DNA of 64,000 bases from an uncultured Gammaproteobacteria bacterium (GTDB lineage Bacteria; Patescibacteriota; Microgenomatia; Levybacterales; UBA12049). Below are positions 8,870 to 18,155 of the stretch, one piece after another. Position 1 is the first letter of the stretch. Each line of letters opens with the position of its first letter. A model generated the notes under the pieces. That model was not told where the DNA came from, did no database searches, and saw nothing but the letters and a program-made list of their open reading frames with translations. The stretch is taken from assembly GCA_965230895.1 (NCBI GenBank), contig OZ246394.1:1185887-1249886 (forward strand), read 5' to 3'. The translations under genes were made by a program, and so were the position numbers.

Positions 8870-9604
8870 ATGAACAAAAAGAAAAGCTTTTATCTTTATT
8901 GCTTCTCACCGTTAGTTATGCTCACTACTTTCTTAATTGAGATCTGTGCAGCCTTGTATACACTTTTCCGCTATAAATTGGACAGAATAGCTCAACTGAT
9001 TATTGCGATGCTTGGATTCCTTTCACTTTTCCAGCTTGCTGAATATATGGTTTGCGAAGGTGCATTTATGCTTTCGAGTCTTGATTGGGCTAGACTCGGA
9101 TATGCTTCAATCACGATTCTTCCCCCACTAGGAATACACATGGGTCTTCAAATTGCAAAGAAGAAGAATAGCGCACTGCTAGCAGCTGCTTATGGAAGCG
9201 CAGCAATTTTTGCTACATTTTTCTTATTTGTAGGACATGGTATGCAATCACAACAATGTCTTGGGAACTACGTCATCTTCAGTATTGCACCCTATGCAGC
9301 AATTCCATACGGAATATATTATTACGGATGGCTTGTAACAGGAGTCCTCTTGGCTTGGCATGGACGAACTCGTATTGCAAACGGGAATCATAAGAAAGCG
9401 CTTGCTTGGCTCGTTTTTGGTTACCTTTCATTCATGGTTCCAACGACTGTTGCAAATATGATTAACCCAGCGACAATTGCAGCAATACCAAGTATTATGT
9501 GCGGATTTGCGATAATAATGGCTTTGACATTATTATTTAAAGTTTCACCTCTTGTTCTTGAAGAGAAGGATAAAGCTCAAAAAGCCTCACTCTCTACGAA
9601 GTAA
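8870..9604 (+). CDS. polytopic membrane protein (hypothetical)
   Basis: 244 aa with about 7 predicted TM helices and no recognisable motif. Confidence 0.4.
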   Translation: MNKKKSFYLYCFSPLVMLTTFLIEICAALYTLFRYKLDRIAQLIIAMLGFLSLFQLAEYMVCEGAFMLSSLDWARLGYASITILPPLGIHMGLQIAKKKNSALLAAAYGSAAIFATFFLFVGHGMQSQQCLGNYVIFSIAPYAAIPYGIYYYGWLVTGVLLAWHGRTRIANGNHKKALAWLVFGYLSFMVPTTVANMINPATIAAIPSIMCGFAIIMALTLLFKVSPLVLEEKDKAQKASLSTK

Positions 9605-9608
9605 TATT

Positions 9609-11993
9609 CTATAGTCTCGCTCTGGTAGCAATTTCGGTTTCGATAACGTCGACTGATCTTCCATACTTCAATCGTGATAGTTCTCGCACCAACTCTGCTA
9701 CTCGAGGATTTTCCATAGCCTTCTCTTTCTCAACATCCTTGGTCGTATCAAGTGAGAATGGACGAACAGGCTCACCATTTACGATCGTTCGCATATAACA
9801 ATTATATTTATCTACATTAATTAAATCCTGTTCACTGAAGATCGGTTGGAACTCATGCTGAAGATAATTTGCATCAGTTACACCAATACGGAAAGATGCG
9901 ATTGTACCAACGTTACCAAAGATAGCATTTTTAATTTCTTCTTCCATCTGTCCGATAAACTGATTTGCCACAATAAGATTCAAACGATACTTTCGAGCCT
10001 CGGAAAGAATTTGCGCAAAATCTGGCGTCGCAAAGTTTTGGAACTCGTCGACATAGAGGAAGAAGTCTTTACGATCTTCCTTATTTACAATATCTTGTCG
10101 AGACATCGCAGCAACGAGAATTTTAGGAACTAAAATTAACCCAAGAAAGCTCGCATTTTCTTCACCAATCTTACCTTTAGAAAGATTGATAAGAAGAATC
10201 TTTTGTTCATCCATAACCTTTCGGAAATTGAACGCACTATCAGACTGCCCAATGATATTACGAATCATTTTGTTGGTAACGAAACGTCCAAACTTTGATG
10301 TAATATAATCCAAGACTTCAGATTTGTGGAAGTCAGACGTCTGAGCAATCTGGTCTGTCCAATAGCGTCTAATAATCGGATCTTCAACCTTTGGCAATAA
10401 CTCTTGAACGAAGTTCTGATCTGTTAAGACACGCATAACCTCGATAAAGGTACTTCCCTTTTCATACATAACAGTAAGCATCGCGTTACGAACAGCATGC
10501 TCAAATCGTGGACCGATGATACCAGTTTTGTTAGGATCAAAAAGCTTATACATCAAACCAATGATTGAATTTACAACAAAATGTTTTTGTTGTTCAGTTT
10601 CTGCTTCAAGCATGTTAAAGCCCATCGGACGATCGGTGTCTGAAGGATCAAAAAGAATAACATCTTCTGCACGCTTTGGCGGCATCATTTTCATGATATC
10701 TTCAACTAAATCTCCGTGCGGATCAATAACAGCACAACCTTCACCATTCATAATGTCCTGCATAATCATGCTTTTAAGAAATTCTGTTTTACCTGTACCT
10801 GTTTTTCCAATAATATATGTGTGTCTGCGCCTATCATCCCGTTCAACAAAAACATTTCGGGATATTCCCCGGAACGTACTGCGTCCCAGAAACAGACCCG
10901 TTGTTGGGAGATTTGATGGTGCAGCAGAACGTTTTGCATTAAGCCAATGAATACCTGGAGTTGAGATAGATTTGTTTGGGAAATGATAAATACTTGCAAG
11001 CTCTTCTGTCGTCAGAACAGAAGTCTGCCGAAACATTGGGAAATATCGATAGATGAAATCATTCATAAATAACCCTTTGTGGAATAATTCGCGCTTCTTG
11101 AACGCATTGCTTCCATTAAATTGGCCAAATGCCCCAAAGATATTTGAAAGATGAGCTTTTGCTGCAGCTTCTGTCTTTGCACACACAACAATACGAATGG
11201 TTGTATGAAAGCCTGCCTTACTTAATTTATTTTCGACAGCTTCCATTTCTTTCGCGTCTGTCTTATAACTAGCTTTTTCTGGATTAGATTCATTCTTTTT
11301 AAGACCTGCTAGATATGTTCTGCCTGCTTTCACCCATTTTGCATCTGCAGGTTTAATTAAAATTTGTATTGCTGCACCTTCGCCTTCTTGCATCTTGGCA
11401 AGAACTGATGTGATCGAAGACATAGGATCAACTGCAAGATCTTTGTATACCTTTATTGGCATGTAATCACTTGATTTTAAGTCTGTGTAAAGGAAAGCAA
11501 CTTTACCATCATCAGAAAAGATATTATATTCGGTACCAATTACGCCACCATCACGTTGTTTTGCAGCAGGATCATTAACAGGGACGATATCGGCTTCAGG
11601 ATATGCACCATTTATCTGTTTCTCGACGAAGTCACGATACTTTTGAGGAACATGGACGTAATATCGGATATCTCCGGGAAGACCAACAATCTCAAATGAA
11701 AGATGAGGTTGTGGTTTGAAGTTTTCAAATTTCCCACTTCCACGAATCGACGTAAGACTTGCAAACATTTGCTGAGCTGCATCAATCTTTGTATCATTAT
11801 CGCGTGGAACTGTCACTTGTAACAAGACTGAATTGAGAGAATCTGCTTCCCGAGTATGATGTCTTAAGTATAAAACGACTGCCCAATACAAAGCCCAAAA
11901 GAATCCAGCAAGAAACCCAAGCAATAAGACAATTCCGACAAGGGATGCCATAGCAACAAAGATATTATCGACTGTTAATACTGGTAATTCCAT
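9609..11993 (-). CDS. type IV secretion coupling-protein-like ATPase (VirD4/TraG/TraD family, membrane anchored)
   Basis: N-terminal TM helices; Walker A IIGKTGTGKT; Walker B-like FLYVDEFQNF; 794 aa. Fits the TraG/TraD-type P-loop NTPase architecture. Confidence 0.55.
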   Translation of the reverse strand: MELPVLTVDNIFVAMASLVGIVLLLGFLAGFFWALYWAVVLYLRHHTREADSLNSVLLQVTVPRDNDTKIDAAQQMFASLTSIRGSGKFENFKPQPHLSFEIVGLPGDIRYYVHVPQKYRDFVEKQINGAYPEADIVPVNDPAAKQRDGGVIGTEYNIFSDDGKVAFLYTDLKSSDYMPIKVYKDLAVDPMSSITSVLAKMQEGEGAAIQILIKPADAKWVKAGRTYLAGLKKNESNPEKASYKTDAKEMEAVENKLSKAGFHTTIRIVVCAKTEAAAKAHLSNIFGAFGQFNGSNAFKKRELFHKGLFMNDFIYRYFPMFRQTSVLTTEELASIYHFPNKSISTPGIHWLNAKRSAAPSNLPTTGLFLGRSTFRGISRNVFVERDDRRRHTYIIGKTGTGKTEFLKSMIMQDIMNGEGCAVIDPHGDLVEDIMKMMPPKRAEDVILFDPSDTDRPMGFNMLEAETEQQKHFVVNSIIGLMYKLFDPNKTGIIGPRFEHAVRNAMLTVMYEKGSTFIEVMRVLTDQNFVQELLPKVEDPIIRRYWTDQIAQTSDFHKSEVLDYITSKFGRFVTNKMIRNIIGQSDSAFNFRKVMDEQKILLINLSKGKIGEENASFLGLILVPKILVAAMSRQDIVNKEDRKDFFLYVDEFQNFATPDFAQILSEARKYRLNLIVANQFIGQMEEEIKNAIFGNVGTIASFRIGVTDANYLQHEFQPIFSEQDLINVDKYNCYMRTIVNGEPVRPFSLDTTKDVEKEKAMENPRVAELVRELSRLKYGRSVDVIETEIATRARL

Positions 11994-11997
11994 ATAT

Positions 11998-12618
11998 TTA
12001 ATTCCAAAATTTTATCAATTTATTTTCTTGTTTCTCTTCTTTTGTTTTCCCATGGGTTGGGTCTAGCTTTCTCCACACGTACATAACAAGCTCTGCTAAC
12101 CAATGTTTTGAATCGTTAAGTTTTGGATGTTGCTTCTCTTCAGCAACAGCCTGCTCAAAAGTCATTGGTAGTGATTTTACATTAAACACATTTTCATCAA
12201 TCGGTATACCTGGGCCGGAATGAGTCACTCCAGCCGCTTTTACTGCTTCGGACAGTTTCGGTTTATCAAGATCAGGTGTCTTTTCAATAATATTTTCGAC
12301 ACTTGATTCAACCTTCAGCTCCGGAGTTGTAGGTTGAACTTCAACTCGCTTGATTTCGGCAGTATTTTGAACAGGCTTAGTTGAAACTTCCTGTCTTGCT
12401 GGTTGGACATCTGCCTGATCTTCTGAAGATGCCACCGATACTGGACCTTGCTCCGGATGAACAGAAATTGCCTGTGGCGGAGTAGGAATTGATTGTATCA
12501 CAGGTTCAGATGGGGACATAGTTCCTGCCGAAATTGTTGGTGCAGGAGGTTGACCCCGGCCAGATATCATTGCCTGAGCACTTGGAGTACTCTGGACAGG
12601 AGATGTACTTGGATCCAT
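11998..12618 (-). CDS. Pro/Ser/Thr-rich low-complexity protein (hypothetical)
   Basis: 206 aa, immediately downstream of the coupling ATPase (4 nt gap); N-terminal PSTSPVQSTPSAQ low complexity. Confidence 0.35.
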   Translation of the reverse strand: MDPSTSPVQSTPSAQAMISGRGQPPAPTISAGTMSPSEPVIQSIPTPPQAISVHPEQGPVSVASSEDQADVQPARQEVSTKPVQNTAEIKRVEVQPTTPELKVESSVENIIEKTPDLDKPKLSEAVKAAGVTHSGPGIPIDENVFNVKSLPMTFEQAVAEEKQHPKLNDSKHWLAELVMYVWRKLDPTHGKTKEEKQENKLIKFWN

Positions 12619-12675
12619 ATATAAATCTTAACACGTTAAGGCTATGGTAGCAATGAAATGAACCTAACAAAAACG

Positions 12676-12819
12676 TTACAAGACTATCTCACCTGGTTTC
12701 CACCCACACTCAGGACATGCAGTTAACTCCCCACACTGAATTTGAGAGACAGCATGATCATCAGCCTCCCATTTACATTGTCTACAAATAATTTTATAGC
12801 AAAGCTTACAATCTTCCAT
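12676..12819 (-). CDS. small zinc-ribbon protein (47 aa), not in ORF track
   Basis: Minus-strand ORF MEDCKLCYKIICRQCKWEADDHAVSQIQCGELTACPECGWKPGEIVL; CxxC...CxxC-type. Its ATG lies 1 nt after the stop of the 461-aa gene (TAATATG), suggesting coupling. Confidence 0.4.
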   Translation of the reverse strand: MEDCKLCYKIICRQCKWEADDHAVSQIQCGELTACPECGWKPGEIVL

Positions 12820-12820
12820 A

Positions 12821-14206
12821 TTAATCACAACTTATCCCAGATTCCTCAGCATATGCTTCTTTTGTCAAACCACACCCTGGGCAACTATTCCCGACTGGCC
12901 CATCAGCTTTAAATGAACATTTAGGGCAGGAGAACCACTCTTGTCCTTCAGGTGCTTTCTTTCCAAATTGGGAAACGCTATTCAACATTGCATTCACATT
13001 GTTTCCACCAATCTTTACACCTGCAGATTTACCACAACCAACTTCTCTCTCTTCAGCTTGCTCATGCCCATGACGTTGGGCAAGTGTAGCCATATATCTG
13101 TAAGCATCTTCATGCAGTTTTTTATTTTTTGATTCAAAGATAACATGCTCTTCTCCATCTATATGCATAGTAGCTCGTTCTGAGCTTAATAGCATGATAT
13201 TGTAAGCACGAGCTATTGCTTCAGGATCAAAAGCATCCTTCGTAATTTGATCAAGGAGATAGAGTTTGTATGGTAAATATAATTTGTCTAATTTTTGCCA
13301 TTCTTCTTCTTCCATTGCACCAACATCTTCGGCAAAATATTTCTGAAAAACAGTATCTATAGTTTGGCCTTCTTGCTCCGGAATTATCAACGGATTCTCC
13401 AGATACCATGCATCTAATGGTATTTGCTTTCCAGTCGTTTGTTCACGTTCAGCTTTCCGCTCAAAGAAATGAGGATCCAGTCGTTGTGCAATTGAGACAT
13501 AATCAGTTGTATCAACAGAAGATGCATATCGAACATAATTAATAATTCGATCTCCAGTTTCAGGATCTATTGCAGATTGATACCCGTCAATAAAATTATG
13601 CATATAAGGGCTATCAGCTACTTCGCTTGGTGCAGAAATAACCATAAGTGTAGTACCAACAGGTGTTTGAGGATCAGTTAAAGTATCTTGAATTCTTAAA
13701 AACCCGTCTATCTCAGCTTTTTCACGAACGAGATCATTTGAGCCATTTCGTTCACGGTAAACTCTTCCTCTTTCTAAAACATTTTCATATGGTTCAGGAA
13801 ATGCTTCATATCTGACTTTCTTTTCTGAGTCTATTGTAAGTGTTAATCGGCTTTCTTTGGTATTGTGCCGTTCACGAAGTGCAGTCGTAATATTGTTAAA
13901 TTCTTCATTGCGGAAGCTTTCTTTCTCCTCTTCAGAACGTGCTCTTTCAAATCCCCATCGCGCAAGTACAGGATTATAGTTGTCCAATGTTCCAGAACGG
14001 TCTTCAGGAAGATTTAATGCTTTATTCCATCTTTTCTGGAGGCTTTTAACTCCTTCCAATTCACTTTCAGCGTTTTGAGCAAGGACTGCATCTATTCTGG
14101 AAATCGTAGCATCAGCTTTTGCAGTGACCAAACGTGATGTATAAGCTTTCCGTTGAGGGAATCTAAATTCCTCGGCATATGAACGTCTCGACATTCTTTC
14201 TTGCAT
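12821..14206 (-). CDS. uncharacterised 461-aa protein with C-terminal double zinc-ribbon (CPKC...CPGC)
   Basis: Long ORF with no recognisable catalytic motif; C-terminal Cys pairs. Preceded by a cobalamin-riboswitch-like element and a terminator hairpin. Confidence 0.6.
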   Translation of the reverse strand: MQERMSRRSYAEEFRFPQRKAYTSRLVTAKADATISRIDAVLAQNAESELEGVKSLQKRWNKALNLPEDRSGTLDNYNPVLARWGFERARSEEEKESFRNEEFNNITTALRERHNTKESRLTLTIDSEKKVRYEAFPEPYENVLERGRVYRERNGSNDLVREKAEIDGFLRIQDTLTDPQTPVGTTLMVISAPSEVADSPYMHNFIDGYQSAIDPETGDRIINYVRYASSVDTTDYVSIAQRLDPHFFERKAEREQTTGKQIPLDAWYLENPLIIPEQEGQTIDTVFQKYFAEDVGAMEEEEWQKLDKLYLPYKLYLLDQITKDAFDPEAIARAYNIMLLSSERATMHIDGEEHVIFESKNKKLHEDAYRYMATLAQRHGHEQAEEREVGCGKSAGVKIGGNNVNAMLNSVSQFGKKAPEGQEWFSCPKCSFKADGPVGNSCPGCGLTKEAYAEESGISCD

Positions 14207-14236
14207 AAAAAAACTCCTCGCTTCGGAGGAGTTGCA
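14207..14236 (-). terminator. rho-independent terminator / riboswitch expression platform abutting ATG of orf461
   Basis: Minus strand reads CTCCTCCGAAGCGAGGAG followed by UUUUUUU, then the ATG directly. Confidence 0.6.
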
Positions 14237-14344
14237 TGAAAAACTGCTTCTGCTCCGGAAGACTTAAAGGGGCTCTGGCTCGATTTGAAAACAAACCTTA
14301 CAGTTGCGGCACAGCTTAGGATTTTCACCTAATTCACCCACCAA
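14237..14344 (-). promoter_or_regulatory. cobalamin-riboswitch-like element B (compact variant)
   Basis: Minus strand AGGUGAAAAUCCUAAGCUGUGCCGCAACUGUAA (core at 14298-14329) matches the GGUGnnAAnUCC...GCUG...CGCAnCnGUnA core of cobalamin riboswitches. It is followed by AGCCAGAGCCCC (B12-box-like) and then a terminator. Confidence 0.5.
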
Positions 14345-14886
14345 TTATTTCTTAATCCATTTAATCTCTTTTTGTTTTTCCTGATGATTAATATATCGCG
14401 CGAGTGTAAATAACAAGTCAGAAAGACGGTTGAGGTAAATAAGAATTGCCTGATCAACTTCTTCCTTTTCAGCCAAAGTAACGACTCTTCTCTCTGCACG
14501 TCGTGCAAATGTCCTTGCAACATGAATGAGTGAGCCTGATTTACTACCTCCAGGCAGAATAAAATTCTTTAGCTCAGGAAGTTTCTTTGTTAATGAATCA
14601 ATCAAAATTTCAAACTCCTGTGGACGCTTTTCCAAACCAATCACAGGAATCGGATATGGAGTTGCAAGTGTAGATCCGATTGCAAAAAGATCATGCTGAA
14701 TTGATTCAAGCTCTTTTGCAACCATTCTATACCTGCTCTTTGGAAGGAACGCCAATGTTTGCCCTAAAACACTATTTAATTCATCGACTGCGGCATAAGT
14801 CTCAACCCGTTCATGGGATTTCGCTACACGAGTTCCATCAAAAAGTGATGTTGTCCCTTTATCTCCTGTTCTTGTATAAATTGGCA
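14345..14886 (-). CDS. pduO: ATP:cob(I)alamin adenosyltransferase, PduO-type
   Basis: MPIYTRTGDKGTTSL N-terminal signature of PduO/MMAB family. The track ORF (to 14920) is over-extended through the upstream terminator; real ATG at 14886-14884. Confidence 0.85.
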
Positions 14887-14913
14887 TAAAAAAATCCTTC
14901 CGTGCAGAAGGAT
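14887..14913 (-). terminator. rho-independent terminator / expression platform abutting pduO ATG
   Basis: Minus strand AUCCUUCUGCACGGAAGGAU followed by UUUUUUU, then ATG. Confidence 0.6.
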
Positions 14914-15009
14914 TTCTCAAAAGCTCCTGCGCGGGATAAAATGTTTTCTGACTATCACAGTTGCGGCACAGCCATGGAATTTCACCATGATTTCCTCTTT
15001 AATTGTCTC
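14914..15009 (-). promoter_or_regulatory. cobalamin-riboswitch-like element A (compact variant)
   Basis: Minus strand AAAGAGGAAAUCAUGGUGAAAUUCCAUGGCUGUGCCGCAACUGUGA (core at 14955-14986) followed by CCCGCGCAGGAGC (B12-box-like). About 30 nt are near-identical to element B. Confidence 0.5.
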
Positions 15010-17466
15010 TTAGCATTCAGAATAACCACATGCGTAGCATTTCTTGCAACCTTCTTCGTAAGCGAAACTTCCTGATCCACATTCTGGGCAAATATCAAAG
15101 AGCGATGTTGAAGAACTTGATGCTTCCATTCCTGTTTGTGGAAGTGCAAGTTGGTTTACAACAACTTCTTCTTCGCCCGTTACAACTGCATCTGCTTTGA
15201 TAGGTGTTGTGACACCGTTAGCATGGCCGTTTCCATTCCCGTTTGCAAGAACTGCTTGTGCAGGTGTGTACGAAGCTTTATCTTCAACCTTGCCATTAAC
15301 TCTAAATTCACAATGTCGTGCAAGAACTTTAGAAATAGCATCAGGCAATGAACGAACTCTGTTCTCACCAAATCCACTCGATCGTGAACCTCCGATGCCA
15401 GCCAATTCTGACACAATCTCGCGGACCCGCTCCCGGGCAGGAACCGGACTGTGGATACGTAACACAAAGGATACCATCCGGCCGAGCGCGTCCGCGAGGG
15501 CCATTAAATCAGAACCGCTTTTCCCGTGATTGATGAAGACTTCAAAGAGGTCGCCCTTTTCGTCCTGATTGATGGTGACATATAATTTACCAGTTGGACT
15601 ATCAGCTTTGTATGTAACTCCAGTCAACATCATTGGTCTTGGGACACGTGGAGTTACTGGAACAACTGGTTCTTGTACTACTGGAACTTCGACTTTCGCT
15701 TCTTTCTTTTCTTCTCGCTGCAGAACTCCGGTTCGTGATCCATCTCGGAAATAGGTAACCCCTTTAAGACCATTATCATATGCTGACATATAGAGATTTT
15801 TAACATCTTCGACAGTATGATGACTTGGTGCATTTACAGTCTTTGATATTGATGAATCAATATATTCTTGCGCAACTGTTTGGATCTTTACATGATCTTC
15901 AGGTGATAAATCATTTGCTCCTACAAAATAATCTGGTCTTTCAGCATCAGGATGCGATTCCTTCCATTCGCCATACAATCCGTGATAAACCATTTGCTTA
16001 CCCAAGCGACCGTTATGTGAGTATTCAAATTCATAGACTGGTTCTACGCCACTTGAAACTGCTGCGATAAGACTTGTTGTGCCTGTTGGAGCAATTGTCA
16101 AAAGTACAGCATTTCGGATTCCCTGCTTGTAGATCTTCTCGCGAATTTCTTCTGGTAATGCTTGAATATGATATCCCTGGAGATATTTATCTCGATCATA
16201 CTTCAAGAATGAACCTTTTTCTTTTGCTATATCCGCTGACGCAATATATGCATTGTCTCGAAGTGCTGCAAAGATCTTCTTTGACACTTCTTCTGACTCT
16301 TTTGATCCGTAGCGGATCTTCATCTTGATGAAGGTATCTGCAATTCCCATGATTCCCAATCCAGTTCGGCGAATATCTTTTGCAACTTTTTCGTTTTCTT
16401 TAAAGAAGTAATAGGTATCGTCGATAACATTGTCGAGGAAACGCATCGCAACTTGGACGTCTTTACCAAACGCTTCATAATCAAACCAACCTGCTTGATC
16501 ATTCTTAAGATCAGCATCTTTTACATACGCGGCCAAATTCATCGCACCTAAGTTACAAACTGCCCAACCTCCAAGTGGTTGTTCTCCGCAAGGGTTTGTT
16601 GCGAGTAATTTTTCGAAATACCAAGTGTTTGATCTTTTGTTAGAACGATCTAAGAAGTGAAGACCTGGCTCAGCAGATTTCCATGCAGCTGTACAAATAA
16701 GATCCCAAAGTTCTTTTGCTTGTACTGTCTTGTAAACTTTAACTTTACCGCCATTTGCTTTCCAACTTCGGAGGTCCCCGTCCCAATCTTTATCATAATT
16801 TGGATCACTCAAATCTGGGTAAACAAGATCCCATGGCTTATCAGCTTTGACTGCCTCCATAAATTCATCTGAAACACAGACGGAAAGGTTTGCTCCATTG
16901 ATCTTTGTTAAATCTTCTTTAACAGTGATGAATTCTTCAATATCTGGATGCCAGTCCCAAAGCATAAGCATTGTAGCTCCACGTCGTGATCCGCCTTGTT
17001 GCACAATATCATGTGTTGCTACAGAGAAAAGGGTCGCCCAGTTGATAGGTCCTGATGAAGTTCCATTTACTTTCTTAACGCGTGATCCTCGTGGTCGAAG
17101 TGATGAAAGATTAAGGCCAACTCCGCCTGCTCGTGATTGAATTTCGATGAGTTGCCCGAGTGATTCGAGGATTCCATGTCGTGAATCTTTTGGACTTGGG
17201 ATAACGAAACAATTGAAGTAAGTAACTTGGTATCCAGTACCAGCTCCTGAAAGGATACGTCCACCTGGAACAAATTTGAAATCCTCAAGGACTCGATAGA
17301 ATTCACCTTCCCATTTTGCTTGCTTAGATTTTTTCTCTTGTGCAGCGATACCTTTTGCAACTCTTCTCCACATTTCTTCAGGTGTGTTTTCAAGAAGTTC
17401 TCCTTCTACACCTTTAAGAGCATATCTATCTAAAAATACTTTTTGTCTTACGCCTTCAAATTTCAT
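15010..17466 (-). CDS. nrdJ: adenosylcobalamin-dependent ribonucleotide reductase, class II
   Basis: 818 aa with RNR catalytic-core motifs (CGEQPLGGWAVCNLGAMNL) and a C-terminal Cys-rich zinc-ribbon tail; ATGA overlap with nrdR. Confidence 0.9.
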   Translation of the reverse strand: MKFEGVRQKVFLDRYALKGVEGELLENTPEEMWRRVAKGIAAQEKKSKQAKWEGEFYRVLEDFKFVPGGRILSGAGTGYQVTYFNCFVIPSPKDSRHGILESLGQLIEIQSRAGGVGLNLSSLRPRGSRVKKVNGTSSGPINWATLFSVATHDIVQQGGSRRGATMLMLWDWHPDIEEFITVKEDLTKINGANLSVCVSDEFMEAVKADKPWDLVYPDLSDPNYDKDWDGDLRSWKANGGKVKVYKTVQAKELWDLICTAAWKSAEPGLHFLDRSNKRSNTWYFEKLLATNPCGEQPLGGWAVCNLGAMNLAAYVKDADLKNDQAGWFDYEAFGKDVQVAMRFLDNVIDDTYYFFKENEKVAKDIRRTGLGIMGIADTFIKMKIRYGSKESEEVSKKIFAALRDNAYIASADIAKEKGSFLKYDRDKYLQGYHIQALPEEIREKIYKQGIRNAVLLTIAPTGTTSLIAAVSSGVEPVYEFEYSHNGRLGKQMVYHGLYGEWKESHPDAERPDYFVGANDLSPEDHVKIQTVAQEYIDSSISKTVNAPSHHTVEDVKNLYMSAYDNGLKGVTYFRDGSRTGVLQREEKKEAKVEVPVVQEPVVPVTPRVPRPMMLTGVTYKADSPTGKLYVTINQDEKGDLFEVFINHGKSGSDLMALADALGRMVSFVLRIHSPVPARERVREIVSELAGIGGSRSSGFGENRVRSLPDAISKVLARHCEFRVNGKVEDKASYTPAQAVLANGNGNGHANGVTTPIKADAVVTGEEEVVVNQLALPQTGMEASSSSTSLFDICPECGSGSFAYEEGCKKCYACGYSEC

Positions 17467-17942
17467 AATGTTGGTTTAGTTATTTTTCTTTTTGCCACAG
17501 ATAATTCTTTAACTTCTTTTTCAAAGTCTCCGGCTTCAACAAAGCGCTTAAATACACTCGCAAAACGAATATACGCAACTTTGTCTAACTGCTTTAATCG
17601 GGAGGCAACTATTTCGCCGATTAGTTCACTCTTAACCTCAAGTGAGCCCATTGTTCGTAGCTCACGGCTTACTTCATTGATGATTTTTTCAATCACACTC
17701 GCCGGAACTACGGTTTTCTCACATGATTTTAAAAGTCCAGTTTTTAATTTTTCCCGGTTAAATTGCTCTCTGCGTCCGTCCCGTTTGATTACAATTAGTT
17801 GTACATGCTCGACTCGTTCATAAGTCGTAAATCGCTTGCAACATGCCAGGCAAGCTCTTCTCCTTCGAATCGTGTCCATGTCCGAGCTATCACGTGTCTC
17901 TACAACCTCTGAATCCTTGCTTCCACAGTACGGGCAGTGCAT
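17463..17942 (-). CDS. nrdR: transcriptional repressor NrdR
   Basis: MHCPYCGSKDSEVVETRDS zinc-ribbon N-terminus plus ATP-cone; 159 aa. Confidence 0.9.
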   Translation of the reverse strand: MHCPYCGSKDSEVVETRDSSDMDTIRRRRACLACCKRFTTYERVEHVQLIVIKRDGRREQFNREKLKTGLLKSCEKTVVPASVIEKIINEVSRELRTMGSLEVKSELIGEIVASRLKQLDKVAYIRFASVFKRFVEAGDFEKEVKELSVAKRKITKPTL

Positions 17943-18155
17943 ATAACCTTTCTATTGAAGTGAATCTTATATGCCTCTAAGATCGGCTCTTCAATAACAT
18001 ATCTAGTGCTATAAAAACGATACACCACTACATCTATAGCGTCAACTATAAAGAACTGTATCAAAATAATCACTAGCTTCAACTGTATACATTTATATCA
18101 TCGTTTTCTTACACTGAATTTAAGGGAAAATAAAGAATGTTGATTTTGCTTATTT

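Noticed and set aside
14092-14523. Small track ORFs 14092..14328 and 14329..14523
   Set aside because: They overlap the riboswitch-like element, the terminator and the pduO coding region in other frames. The RNA-element interpretation explains the sequence conservation better.
14887-14920. N-terminal 11 codons of track ORF 14345..14920 (MRNPSARKDFF)
   Set aside because: These codons are the translation of the terminator hairpin/U-tract. The PduO signature starts at the internal Met (MPIYTRTGDKG).
17943-18155. NrdR boxes upstream of nrdR
   Set aside because: Only weak partial palindromes (e.g. TGTATACA, CACTACATCTATAGCG) were found, and none matches the 16-bp NrdR-box consensus convincingly.
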